DNA of 64,000 nucleotides from Ptychomitrium polyphyllum (Eukaryota), in contig OZ316776.1 in NCBI GenBank assembly GCA_973851085.1, positions 5,332,001 through 5,396,000 on the forward strand. The letters run 5' to 3'. The notes beneath the pieces were generated by a model. That model was not told the origin of the DNA, searched no databases, and saw only the letters and a program-made list of their open reading frames with translations. The translations under genes were made by a program, and so were the position numbers. Positions 1-14,011 of this stretch are shown in pieces (position 1 is the stretch's first letter; the number at the start of each line of letters is the position of its first letter).

Positions 1-1844
1 CAGCCAGGCATGAAGCTTTTCTAACAAGGCTAGTCGGTCAGTTATCCTTGCACTCCAAGAGCATTGACACACAGGAGCACCACAACATAAGGATTTCCAA
101 GCTCCATCCAAGATTTACTTTCACATTTTGGGTCAGCTTTGCACTTGTGGCACTGGCATGGTGTTTACAGTGCGTTTCCCCCGGCTAGATGGGTGGTGGA
201 ATCCTTGGCTACACATGCTACAAAATTGGGTTGGAAAAGCCTGGACCCAATTCTTACTTGTGAAGGAAACTAGTATTAGATCAAAGTAGTCCAAATTGTT
301 GAATTCTTTTAGAATGCCCCCCCAAGTGTGTTCCAACAACAATTTGTGCAAAAGTTTAGCTTCTTCTAAAGGCTATCTCCCATGCAAGTAGGGGTCCCAC
401 ATTTAATGCTTTCTAGGAAAAACTTGTTGAGCGATAAGCATCTATTCAAGACTTCCAGGTGCAATCCATTTGTCATGCTAAAAATGAACAAATACTTCCT
501 CCAATATTTGCTCTTAATCCTTTATATCACATCAATCCTTTGACCATTTATTAATCTTAGCTCAAAATATCACACTATCATCATTAATGAGAAAGAAAAC
601 CAAAATAAAGAAAATTTTACAAAGAACAATTGGACTTGAAATACAAGAAACATCCCCAAATACAACATTGTGTACTATGTGATATTTCTTGTAATTGAAA
701 ATCTGTTATCTTGTTTTTATCTATTTTTTATTCTCAAAGGATTATTGTCCACAAGAAGGGTTTTTAGAACCTTGGACAAGTTCCCACAATGTCAATTTTA
801 AGTGTGATCTTTGAGTTTTTTTTTTTAAGGTGTGGAAGTCTATTAGCTTTATGGAGGTGTGATTTTTTTTTTCACCATACATTGGGAGAAAAATTAATGT
901 TGCTTTAAATAATCTTTTTATTTGTCGGGCAACACAAGTAGTTATGCTACACCCTTCTCCGCCCTCAAGGATTTGGTACATGAGTAAGTAACTTGATCTT
1001 TTTTGCAATCACAAGGAGGAATTTTTTTAAATAAAAACTTTCTGTAGTGCAAAATGTTTTTCCCAAGAAGAGTCAAAGTTTGGAACCTTATCAAAAGGGG
1101 TGGCAAAAATTAAACACCTACTACTTCATTATTGGAGGTAGAAATTAAGATTTAAGGTCTTTAGTTTTTAATTTCTCCCCTACTTCAAAAAAATGTATCA
1201 ATCTTTGTGTTGACCATGTATATTGAGATTCTATAGGAACTTGCAATTGCAAGATTAATAAACGTGTATTGGCCATCTTTAGCACCTCCTTCCATTGCAA
1301 AATTTTGTTGGATATGTTACACAAGTACCTAATATGGTCTTTTTTTTTAATAGTGAGGAACACTCAATATGCAATATGTTGATTCTATTGGATAGGGTGC
1401 CAAATAGAACTCTTTCTTTGCTTCAAATGTTATAACCCTCAAATTTGCTTGCAAAATTCACACATTATTCTAATAGTTTGGTTGAAAAACACATGGTCGA
1501 AAGGTGGAGAAAGAACCTTTCTTTACTTTTATCATATCCACCTTCCTCTGCAAGGCAGTAATCTTGCTAAAACCCATAACTGGAGAATATGAAGTAACCA
1601 GAAACTATCAAACTCAAACGAAGTGACAACCCTAAAAGAGGAGGGCACCCAGGACTCTTGTGTCGAACCTTTTATGCCCTTCAGCAACCATGCACTCTTA
1701 TGCTGAAGTCATCAGCAAGTATGCAGTGAGCTAGTTGGAGAGATTGTCAGCTGAGGTATTGAGGCAAGCGGTAAGCAAATTGGGGACAGGCGGGATTTTA
1801 GTCTATTTTCGGTGAACATTTGTAAGAATATCGGAAATAAGACA
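1..1844. repeat. Left arm of large inverted repeat (truncated by window start)
   Basis: Reverse complement of 8111-9954; position i pairs with 9955-i throughout. Three mirrored ORF pairs (133-351/9604-9822, 742-1008/8947-9213, 1145-1363/8592-8810) translate identically, and a T11/A11 homopolymer has the same length in both arms. Confidence 0.97.
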
Positions 1845-4800
1845 TACTCGAGTCGTATTAGAGGTTGAATGTTGTTGAATGGGGTCCTTGATTTTCACTT
1901 TGCTTTTGGGCACTTCATTATCCTTAGGGGTGACTCCTTATTTGATTTGGTGGTATATGTTTATTGAAGGCATGCACACGTATAAATGGTGTCGTGCAGG
2001 AATTTAGTACCTGCACTCTTTAGCTCATTTCAGAGTAGGCTACCAAGTCTTTTATTGCAGTATTTAGCTGGATAGGAGTGGAGAATCAGAGGATCGTGAA
2101 CCCAACATCATTTATCTTAGCATACATTTCACCCCATCAAATCTATGAAACACCTTGAGAATTTTTTAGAGGCTTGGTTGAGGGAGCATTAAGTCTACAA
2201 AACAAATTAAGATCATTGGTTCCATGTAGAATTGGTTTGAATTGGCATGGGAGAGGAAGAGGGAAGGCCATGTAGCCTTGCAACCCCAAGGCATTGCCCT
2301 TCCTTCATCATGCAATTTCGACTCTCACAACCAATAATCATCACCTCCATTTAATTTATTTTAGTGGAGTGAATTTTTAAGAGTGGCTCTTGATTTCATT
2401 GTTTAAACTTTGCGTTCGTGATGATTGTAGATGCAAGAGTTTGCTATAAGATTGTTGTGAAATTCTTCAAATTTCAAAAATTAAAGGAAAGACTTAAATA
2501 CATTACTACACAAAATGGTATTAAAGGAGCATCTAACTTATGTTTGCATTACTAGGTTAGTAAGCAATGTAAAAAGAAAGAAGATAATGATATAAAGTAT
2601 ATGACATGGATCCATGGAAGTGACTTCTAGTGATTTGAAAACTCTCCTGTGATTATGCATTGCATATTAATTAATAGGAACCATCTTATATTATATCACC
2701 AAAATTTCTTTTTTTCAATGTAATTATTTCAATAAAAAATAAAGGAACTATTTATACTGGAAGCAAAAAGACATTGGAAAAAATCAAAGTCTTATTAAGG
2801 TTCTTTCTTTTGAAAGGTTGTTCATTTAAAGGTCAATCCTTTAAATTTACAATTTTTGAAAGTAGTATAAAAAAGTAAGAAGATAAACAATGAAATCAAT
2901 TATTTATCCAACATAAAAAATTCACCAATTTTTCTATTAAAAATCAAATCAAGATGATTATAAAGACATGAATTAAAACACTTCCTACTATAGAAATTAA
3001 ATCATTGTAGTTTTAAATATATTTAAAAAATCTATAAAAAGATATAAAAAATTGCTAAAATGGTGTAGGATTGGCTTTTTTAAAGTGCATATCTAGCTCA
3101 TTAGACATTAAATGAAAAATTAGATAGAATTTTATTCAAAATCATCTAGTATCTTTTTTGGAAAAAATCTTTAAAAAATATATAATTTGTTATACTTTAT
3201 TGTTTTTATTATATTTTTCACAAGGTTTTGTAAGGTTCACTTTGTACTCTTGGTATGGAGTAGACAAAAATCAAATTCCACCCCCTCTTATCTTTTTATG
3301 GCCTTTAGGCTTAAAAAGCCATAATAAAAGCCAAATTACAATGATTCTTCAACTTAAGCAACTTTAATTGATAGAAATATTTACTTACAACCTTTGTTAG
3401 CTTATATAAACCACATATGACTAGATTTATATTGCAATAATAAAATCGTTCAAATTTTCAAGGATAGTTTTTATTATGGCATTTAAATCAAATAGGTCTT
3501 GAACAATTTTCTTCATTTTGGATCAAATGAGCAAGTAGAAGTTCATTAAAACATATAAAACGTGGTCTTTGGCCATTTATAATATAAATATTCAAAAATC
3601 AAGTCCACTAATTGTAACTAATATCATTTATAAAACTCTAATCAATTAATAGAGCTTATCAACCAAATTTATTTCTATCACAAATATATATTAGAAGTGT
3701 TTAGAAGAACCAAGAATGTCTTGGAAGTTTCTTAGGAGGTTAGACATCTCCAAGAAGTTGCTGAAGAAGCTACTTTGGTCTTAAAATGTTTCAACAAATC
3801 AAAGATGCTTCTAAAAAAAACAACATGAGGTTGCTCCAATATTAAGTGTTGTATCGGTAGCCTCCTTGGTAGACCAATAATACATATAGGAGTTAAGAGT
3901 GAAGGGATTTTCAATCTTAATAATACACATCTTGAGGTCTAACTTATAAAACATGTTCATTTCTAAATTCAAAACAACATAAATCATGTCTTGAATGTTA
4001 AATATTTTTCTCATAGGAATCTTTAAATTGCTATTATTGTATTGAACAAACTGTTATATTCGATTTTTTCCATAACAATTGTTCTTTAAGAATTTTGGAG
4101 GGTAGTGCCTTCTAAATGTTGATTCTTAGCATAGTGGTCTAATAAACAAACTTCTTACTTTAAACCAATCTAATTTCTATAATCTTTTGTCTACTTAATC
4201 AATGGCTAGAGTATGAATTGTCCTTCATACGGGTGGCTTATCTTTAAACACCTATGTAGCCATACCTTATCAATTAGGTAAATTATCCATATGGATTTTT
4301 AACATTTTTCATCCATTTATTTTTAATGTAGTTTTTGGTGATATAATGCCACCTATTTTTATTAAAATATGATACAAGCAAGCTTTTAAATTTACATAAA
4401 GTTCCAATTACAAGAGGTGATTAAAATGATTTATTGTGTAGTAAAATTTGAACTACATTGCCAAAATCCAAAAAAAATTATTAATTTTTTATTAAAGGTT
4501 TCAATTCAATTTTTACTAAATTTGATTTTATTTCATCAATCTTAAAACTAAGTATACAATGTAGAATTTAGTTCCGTAATGATAGGTTGAATGTAGTCAA
4601 ATCTCTAAAATAATTGCTATACTACGAGTCTCAATACCTTTATTACCTGATTTTTGACACCTCTTGTAAAATTAAAAATTGATACAAAAGTCATATAGTT
4701 AGTGGTTGATCTCTCTTAATCCTTTAGTCTTATGTATGTATGAATAACGATTGAACTTGAATGTCTTCCTCACAATATGTCTTATCTGGATGAAAATTTT

Positions 4801-5256
4801 CCGAAATGAAGACATTGCACGCAAAACTATAGCCGATTGGCAGCTCGTCATAATAACTTCAAAATCCCTAGTGATTTCCTTGTCGCTGCAGCCAACTTGG
4901 GTAGACTTCTAACTTAAGTATCTGCTACTGTATTATTGTCTGACAAATGATGCAGGCTTCGTTTTACTTGCATCGGTGGTCCAATGAAACGCCATACTAA
5001 TACGAATCGCCCTGAAAAGATATAATAATCCATTGCCTATCGTTTCCAAAAGACACGTAAAATTGCCATATTTTGACAAAATTTGGTTCTATTCACGATA
5101 GTATACAATTAGTTGATCTTCAAATTTGCAGGAGCTTCTTTATTCATGGGCATCCGAATTTGGCTTCTATCTGCCTTGTCGGTTCTGTGTTAGAATTTGA
5201 AAAGTTCTTACAGGAAAATTTGGACAAGTGAAATAATTAGAAAAAGCAGTGCCTTA

Positions 5257-6715
5257 ACTTCTTTCTTCATTATTGAAACTGTAATCTTAGAAAGATATGT
5301 TCATTGATTTTTTCAAAGAATTAACAATAAATTTTAATAAAATAAAATCTTGAAACCAAATTTGAACATGTTGCAGTGCACAAGATGCAGTTTACATACG
5401 ATTAAATATTATTTTGAAATATTTTTTTTGACTATTTTCATTTGAAATTCGATTCTTCATCTTTATCTTTCATTCAAATGACCATGAACACAAATTTGGT
5501 TGTTGATGGTATTCTAAACTTCAGTCTAATTTTGTAATTATGACATTCAAATGTTTGATTCATTTTTGCGCAATCCATTTATCTAGTTCAAAATTCCTCC
5601 TATAATATGATTATGACACATTGTAATACAACAATTAAGATCTCCCATTTGTCATGTAATAAAGGTAATTAATACGTATTGTGGATGAATTTCATCCGAA
5701 ATGATGAATATTTGAAAAAAAAATGGCATTTCAATTGTTTATAATTGAAAACCTTATAAGAAATTCTAAATTTAATGCTAGAAAATGGTGGCTAGGATTT
5801 AAGTGGCGGCTAGGATTTTACAAATAGTGGCTAGGATTTAGAAGGCGTTTGAAGTTTGTGTGGCAAGCTAGAGTTGGTTGCCATTAACAAGCTTGGTATT
5901 ACAAATCTTGGTAGACATAGTATATTTTCAATATTTTGAAACTATTGTAACTTGTTTTTATACTTATTTTGGTCAAATTTTGAAAATCTCAATAATACAA
6001 CATCAATTATCCTAAATGTCATATAATCAAAAATGCAACATTTGAATTATACTACAACTTTTTTGTTTCCAAACCTGTCATATTATTATAGAAAAGGACA
6101 ACAATATCAATGAAAGAATGTAAATCTTTTCTAAAATCAAGTACAAATGAAATTATGCTTTTAGGTACTATTAGCAAAAGTACTATTTTTGAAGTCATTA
6201 AAAGTAAAGTTGCACAAATTTTCAAGTGGATTTTTTTTTGCTTTAATATGTCATCCAAAAATGCCCTACAAAATGTTTTATTATTCTTATAATACTTTTG
6301 TATATCAGTTTTTATATCTCAATTTTTTACATTGTAAAAAACTATGCAAGTTTGAATTAATAACTTCAAACAATAATACTTTTGCTCATAGTACCTAAAA
6401 TCATGGTTTCATTTGTATTTGATTTTAGGAAAGAATTACATTCTTTCATTTAAGATAATTTAGAATACCATCAATAATAGATTTGTATTTATGATCATTT
6501 GAATGAAAGATAAAGATGAAGGATTGAATTTCAAATGAAAAGAGTCAAAAAATCAATTTTTCCAATATTTAGTTGTATGTATAATGCATCTTGTGCACTA
6601 CAACATGTTTAAATTTGGTTTTAAGATTTGATTTTATTAAAAGTTGTTGTTAGTTCTTTGAAAAAATTAATGAACATATCTTTCTAAGATTATATTGTAT
6701 AATAGTAAATAGAAG
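5257..6715. mobile_element. Putative non-autonomous TIR/foldback DNA element with ~260 bp diverged terminal inverted repeats (~5257-5519 and ~6458-6715)
   Basis: TAATCTTAGAAAGATATGTTCATT (5282) versus AATGAACATATCTTTCTAAGATTA (~6669); CTTCATCTTTATCTTTCATTCAAATGA versus TCATTTGAATGAAAGATAAAGATGAAG; GATGGTATTCTAAA versus TTTAGAATACCATC. No target-site duplication (TSD) or transposase seen. Confidence 0.6.
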
Positions 6716-8110
6716 ATATCAATCATTTTTTATGCTTTATAAAACTATCATAAATGTGAAATACAAAACATACAAATTTCAAATGTTATCCAATCTTATT
6801 TTGGACTTTTTTCATTGTCAAAAACCAATTTCATATAAGATACAATATTATGCATTGGTCTACTCAAGGATTGTTCTCCATCTGTCTTACAAAAGCATGG
6901 GAAGGTTAGTGGTATGCCATATATTTAATTGAAACTATTTGGAATTCAATTTGTAACAAATATATAGAAATTTTTGGCACTTCTTTCTTAAAAATCTACA
7001 TAAGAAATTCAGCAACCACTTACGAATATCTTCATTGTAAATTTTTTAATGTTTGAAAGTGTAAGGAACAAGAAATTAAAAAATTAATGAATTGTACAAT
7101 AACATTATTGGATGAAAAATAGAAGTTCCATTTGATGATTCTATACTATTGCCTACTATATACTACTAGCTTAGAATGCATAAGTTTCTAGCATAAAACA
7201 TAAGCATTTGAACCAAAAGAAGAATAGTTGGAAAGATAGAAAAAAAATTAAAAACATCTTCAAGGAATTTTGACCAATCATAATATTCCATTATATAAAT
7301 TCTTTTAGACATCTTCACAAAGTGTTCAACAAATGTTTTTAAATCTTTAATAGTAATCTTTAAATATTGAAAAAATAACCTTTAAAGAATAAGGCAACAG
7401 TACAAAGATAAAACATAACATAGATACTATGCAAATAAAAACTTAAATCCTAAGATTGTTAAAATTAACTACAACAATACAAAAACACCATATCAACAGA
7501 GTTAATAAAAGAACTTTTAGAATGTATTTCACGAATTTGGAATTCTTCCAAGGTTACATTTTGTACCTTAAAATCGAAGCTTCAACAAAGAAGTTAACTT
7601 TGCAATGATTCAACTTCAAGAAGTGACTTTGTAATGATAAACAATTCTTAATATAATCCATAGATATAAAAAATAACAAAAAAATCATGGCAAAAAAATC
7701 ATGACAACAATTTAAAGTGAAACTGAAGAACATCAAATTCCTGAATAAAACTTACCATTTTTCCCTTAGATTCATGACTAGAAAATCCTTAGCTTAAGAT
7801 TTCTTCTACATAGGCTAATTCAACACTAACTGCTTGGATACATTAAAATAGAATTAGAAGGAGCATAATCACGCTAACATGAAGAAACACCAAAAAAAGT
7901 AAAACACGAGGGACATAGAAGATAATTTAACTTTCGAAATCTGCCATCAAGAAAATAACATTATTTAAAAAACATGAGACAATCCAATACTGCCAAGCGT
8001 GAATCCGATACACGACTAACGAACAAAAACAGGAATCCAAAACCATACTCCGGTGAAACTCAATATATAACAGATAAGCAAAACAAACCTAGTCTAATAC
8101 AACTGGAGTG

Positions 8111-9954
8111 TGTCTTATTTCCGATATTCTTACAAATGTTCACCGAAAATAGACTAAAATCCCGCCTGTCCCCAATTTGCTTACCGCTTGCCTCAATACC
8201 TCAGCTGACAATCTCTCCAACTAGCTCACTGCATACTTGCTGATGACTTCAGCATAAGAGTGCATGGTTGCTGAAGGGCATAAAAGGTTCGACACAAGAG
8301 TCCTGGGTGCCCTCCTCTTTTAGGGTTGTCACTTCGTTTGAGTTTGATAGTTTCTGGTTACTTCATATTCTCCAGTTATGGGTTTTAGCAAGATTACTGC
8401 CTTGCAGAGGAAGGTGGATATGATAAAAGTAAAGAAAGGTTCTTTCTCCACCTTTCGACCATGTGTTTTTCAACCAAACTATTAGAATAATGTGTGAATT
8501 TTGCAAGCAAATTTGAGGGTTATAACATTTGAAGCAAAGAAAGAGTTCTATTTGGCACCCTATCCAATAGAATCAACATATTGCATATTGAGTGTTCCTC
8601 ACTATTAAAAAAAAAGACCATATTAGGTACTTGTGTAACATATCCAACAAAATTTTGCAATGGAAGGAGGTGCTAAAGATGGCCAATACACGTTTATTAA
8701 TCTTGCAATTGCAAGTTCCTATAGAATCTCAATATACATGGTCAACACAAAGATTGATACATTTTTTTGAAGTAGGGGAGAAATTAAAAACTAAAGACCT
8801 TAAATCTTAATTTCTACCTCCAATAATGAAGTAGTAGGTGTTTAATTTTTGCCACCCCTTTTGATAAGGTTCCAAACTTTGACTCTTCTTGGGAAAAACA
8901 TTTTGCACTACAGAAAGTTTTTATTTAAAAAAATTCCTCCTTGTGATTGCAAAAAAGATCAAGTTACTTACTCATGTACCAAATCCTTGAGGGCGGAGAA
9001 GGGTGTAGCATAACTACTTGTGTTGCCCGACAAATAAAAAGATTATTTAAAGCAACATTAATTTTTCTCCCAATGTATGGTGAAAAAAAAAATCACACCT
9101 CCATAAAGCTAATAGACTTCCACACCTTAAAAAAAAAAACTCAAAGATCACACTTAAAATTGACATTGTGGGAACTTGTCCAAGGTTCTAAAAACCCTTC
9201 TTGTGGACAATAATCCTTTGAGAATAAAAAATAGATAAAAACAAGATAACAGATTTTCAATTACAAGAAATATCACATAGTACACAATGTTGTATTTGGG
9301 GATGTTTCTTGTATTTCAAGTCCAATTGTTCTTTGTAAAATTTTCTTTATTTTGGTTTTCTTTCTCATTAATGATGATAGTGTGATATTTTGAGCTAAGA
9401 TTAATAAATGGTCAAAGGATTGATGTGATATAAAGGATTAAGAGCAAATATTGGAGGAAGTATTTGTTCATTTTTAGCATGACAAATGGATTGCACCTGG
9501 AAGTCTTGAATAGATGCTTATCGCTCAACAAGTTTTTCCTAGAAAGCATTAAATGTGGGACCCCTACTTGCATGGGAGATAGCCTTTAGAAGAAGCTAAA
9601 CTTTTGCACAAATTGTTGTTGGAACACACTTGGGGGGGCATTCTAAAAGAATTCAACAATTTGGACTACTTTGATCTAATACTAGTTTCCTTCACAAGTA
9701 AGAATTGGGTCCAGGCTTTTCCAACCCAATTTTGTAGCATGTGTAGCCAAGGATTCCACCACCCATCTAGCCGGGGGAAACGCACTGTAAACACCATGCC
9801 AGTGCCACAAGTGCAAAGCTGACCCAAAATGTGAAAGTAAATCTTGGATGGAGCTTGGAAATCCTTATGTTGTGGTGCTCCTGTGTGTCAATGCTCTTGG
9901 AGTGCAAGGATAACTGACCGACTAGCCTTGTTAGAAAAGCTTCATGCCTGGCTG
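8111..9954. repeat. Right arm of large inverted repeat (probably continues beyond 9954, where its partner lies outside the window)
   Basis: 9926-9954 is the reverse complement of 1-29; 8111-8120 TGTCTTATTT is the reverse complement of 1835-1844. Confidence 0.97.
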
Positions 9955-12660
9955 ATTTGTGAATCCAAGAAATTTGTTGTCTGAATGTCACAGTCCAGCA
10001 GGTTCACTTGTGCACGATGATTGCAATATCTGTGAATCAAATTCAAGGTCTTGCAAGTTGCAATGTGTGCATGAGTACCTTGAACACAAGAATACAAAGG
10101 AGGTCATGATCAAATGAAAAGTTCAGGACTCAAAAAGAGAAGCAATTCCTTATCAAGCATACTGTCTAAGTTAACCTAATTTAATATAGCTTGAGTGTGT
10201 ACACCCAAAATGTGTACACCCACCAAGGGATTGTCCATTTACCATTTTCTTATATGGAATTAGAACGTGCTTGAACTTTGCATAGGTACTACAAAGGCAT
10301 TGCTGTTCCTCTGGTGGGTCCTGATCAAAGTCAGATCATTTGAATCTGTGTCAAGCAAACCGACCCACAAACAGGACCAACCAACCAAAAGGAAAAGTTT
10401 ACAAATCAGGTTTTCGCCTCAAATTTGCAAGTCCAGACATACAAAGGTTGGGTTTTTGAAATTCGAATTTAGAGCAACAAAATTGAGTGTAAAAATGTAA
10501 AAAGAAATAGGTCCATGGTTTAGGGCCTAAACCAATTTGTAATCTCAAAAAAAGAAATAGCATAACAACAAACTGCATGGAGGCTTTGAAGATGGTTTTC
10601 AAATTAAAGAAACTGTAACCAGAGAAAATTCACTATCTGAAGGTTTCCAATTTCATGTTAAAACCTGTTTTCATATGTCTTGTTCAAAGTTCTCAATACT
10701 TTTTTAATCATCAAACTTATATGAGATCTATTCTAATAGATACAAGTGATATCCTTTATCATCATTGCAATAAAAAAACCTTAAAAGAAGTGTTGAATTA
10801 TAATGTTGAATTTAAGCTGCAACCATTGAATTGGAGTTAGATTTTGTAAAATATGGCTCTTACAAGAAGTTCCACATATGGATCTTCTGATGGACATTAG
10901 GGCCACAATGAGGTGGTGAAAGCGCCATACAACATATTTCAAGCATAAAATCTATGAAAGGCAATTCAAGTTATATGTTTCTTCTTATCCTTATTTATAC
11001 ATCCATTTCACTACATATGATTATTCAAACTACACACAATGAATGTCCAAATCAGACACTTTTGTGTTCAAAGTCTGAATTGTTTAAAAGCCACTTTGCT
11101 GTACCATTTATATCAAAATTGGTCATTGGTATTGTAAAGCCCATTTAAGCCTAAGTTGAATTATTTGCAATTGTTGAACTTCTAAATGCCTACATTTATA
11201 TCCATAGAGACAAACGTCACTTTGGATGGTCCATGTAAAATACTTTATGTTTTTCCTTAAACAAAGCCATAGTCTACCTATATTCTGTAATTTTTCAAAA
11301 TGAATGATTAGAATTTGGATTTGCTACGACTTCTTGAAGTGCAATAGACAAAAAAATAATATAAATTACAAAAATTTACACTTAAAATATGGAAGAAATT
11401 CTGCATATATATTACAATGAAAAAAAATTATGCTTGAAAGTGTTTGAAAAATGTTTTTGAACATGGAATTGTGGTGGTGAAATTCAAAAGCTTCAAAAAT
11501 CATGTAGGAACCATAGTTCTACCCCTTCAACTTCTAGCTATCACAAATCATTCAACTTTAAGAATTTTGTAGATTTTTAAAACTAAGTGGAAATTAGACT
11601 TTAAAAACTTTGTTCTTTTTAGTTTTCCAAATGCACAAGAAACCATTCCTATAACCAAAATTGCATTCCATGGAAAGTAATTCACAAGTTTTCAACACCA
11701 AGGTTGCATTCCACATTAAAAAAATGAAATGCTTTCATTGATGTTCTTGCCTTTTAATGAGGCACGAAAAATCATAAGTACACCATTTTCACAAGACATA
11801 ATTTGTACCATTCCATAAAGCCATCACCAGTGCATAGTAAAAAAAGACGGATGAAAAAACCAAATAAATGATAGCTATAAATGTTCAAAGAATGAAATCA
11901 ACCAGATTTTGATTGCTTAATTGGCCATTCAAAGGCCGAAAGCGTATATTGCAAATGATGTATAAAATCGAGGACATCATTATTTTATCAAAATAATATG
12001 TTTCCTAACATTTGAAATTGTAGATTCTTTTCTTTTCTTTTCTTTTCTATCTATATGTTAAGGAAGATAGTTTGTCTTATTTTGTTTGTGACAGTATCTT
12101 AAATCTTCCAAATTGCAAGGCCTATGGAAATGCTTTTTGGTGCCTTCAAAAAGCTCTCAACAGATAAAGGTACACATTGGTGGTTTCACAAATTTAAATC
12201 TATGATGTGGCAAATATAAAAATTTCAAAGTATTTTCATTTCAAAAAAATCAACAAATTAGAAAGATACAAAAAATTTAGATTTTCCCATAGATTTGAGA
12301 AGCAGTTGCCTTGGTTAGGCCAACAACACAAACCATATTAGCATTGTAAAAGATTGAAACATGTATGATCAAACATTATAAGATTTTGGTTTATTTGCAA
12401 GTTGAATAATCAAGTAATTTACAATCTTTTAACGACTTTAGTTAGATGAATGGAAAAATCAGTCCATCATTAGCTTAATGTTCAATTGTCATCTATACAA
12501 TTGTTGGTGTTCAAAAGCTATTGAAAAATTTATCAAAAATATGATTATGAATTTAAGCATAAAGAAAGAATTCATAATTGATTGAATCACCTTGTTGAGT
12601 CTTCTTCCTAACCAAATCTAAAACAATTGTGAATGAAGTTAGTTATTTCGATTTCATAGA

Positions 12661-12710
12661 TAAATAAATAAATAGATAGATAAATAAATAAATAAATAAA
12701 TGAATGAATA
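12661..12710. repeat. (TAAA)n/(TAGA)n/(TGAA)n compound microsatellite
   Basis: Direct reading of tetranucleotide units. Confidence 0.85.
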
Positions 12711-14011
12711 ATAATGTCTTTAAAAAAACCATCTTTTTTTGCTTTCCTAAATTGAATGTTCAATCTTCTCTATTTTAATGTTTTGACAAATACATTGATT
12801 TAATTTTTTTAAATGATAAAACATGTGCATTCTTCAAAATCTTGGTGCAAATTGCTAAATTTTTCATTGTTGTATTTTTAGTATTTGGCACAAGACAAAA
12901 AAATTAATTTACATATAAAATTATTTTAATAATTTTTAAAAATTTATAAATCCACCAAATAGCTATGGTAAGTAACAACACAATTAGTAGACTATGCCAG
13001 TGAGCTTCACAATCCAATTAAAAGGCTAATCTACATTGTAATTTTGCAAATGGGATGCAAGATGTTTGTGATGAATGTGTTGAATGACTTTGTTTAAGCA
13101 TTTTTTAGCCCTTTCAAAGTCACTCAAATTTGAAGTGATAAAAGCTTTGAAGATTAAAGGAAGATACATGCAATATTCATTAATTACTATTGCATTTCAA
13201 AGCATCACATTGAAAAACATCCACAAATTTAGTACATAAGTCAAACCACAATAGGATGCATATGAACCATTCAATTGTATTGCATTCATTACTAACAAAT
13301 TTTTGGATAATTGATTAAATTTATAAATAAAGCCATGGAAATATAATGGATGATTTCAATTCAATGTGCAATTGATTCCTTCACAATATAAACCTTCAAA
13401 TAATTCCACTGTATTAAACAAAATTATTCTTGGAAATTATACATCATTATTTTTGTAAATATGCAACATATAAATGATTCATTATAATCAATCTAAAGCT
13501 CTTCCATTTCCATTTCCATGTCCAACACTTTCACCTTATGCACAATTTTTTTACCTTTTTTGTAGATTATATTAAAATGATGTAGTGAGTTTGGAAATTA
13601 AAGTTGGTTAAATAATCCACCTTCATGTGCCACTTCTATGGATTTTCCAGCATGTATTGATAAGATGATTCAAATTCTTTCCCCTGTTGGTTGGTATTGG
13701 ATTGTGGGTACAAGCTCATGCATGAACATTTCCATCACCACCTAGGAAGATTTTATCCTAGGTCACTTTCATTTATGGTTGATAGCAATCTTTTAAGGTT
13801 GGGACAACTCACTTTAATGAATGACATCTATGATAGCCTATAGCTTGATTTGTCATTGATTCAATACGATGTGTATTGTTTTGAGGAGTTTACTACAAGT
13901 GATAAAAGTACCCAGCTCCTTGACAGCCTGCAAGGCCTAGTGCACATCAGCTCAATGAATGCCATTTTGTGACAACGTAGAGCCTGACCTGTCATTGGTT
14001 CCATGTGATTT

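Noticed and set aside
3400..5150. Possible retroelement or gene remnants in the spacer
   Set aside because: Only a short family-1 LTR-like patch near 3700-3770; no diagnostic protein motif could be read with confidence.
9945..9954. TGCCTGGCT resembling the 5' end of miR160; also TCGGACCA at 47471 resembling miR166
   Set aside because: Matches are only 8-9 nt and no precursor hairpin was seen.
1..9954. Large inverted repeat as TIRs of an autonomous DNA transposon or Polinton, or as an organellar IR insertion
   Set aside because: The spacer has no transposase, polymerase or long ORF; the arms contain no rRNA, tRNA or plastid genes; the outer termini are not visible.
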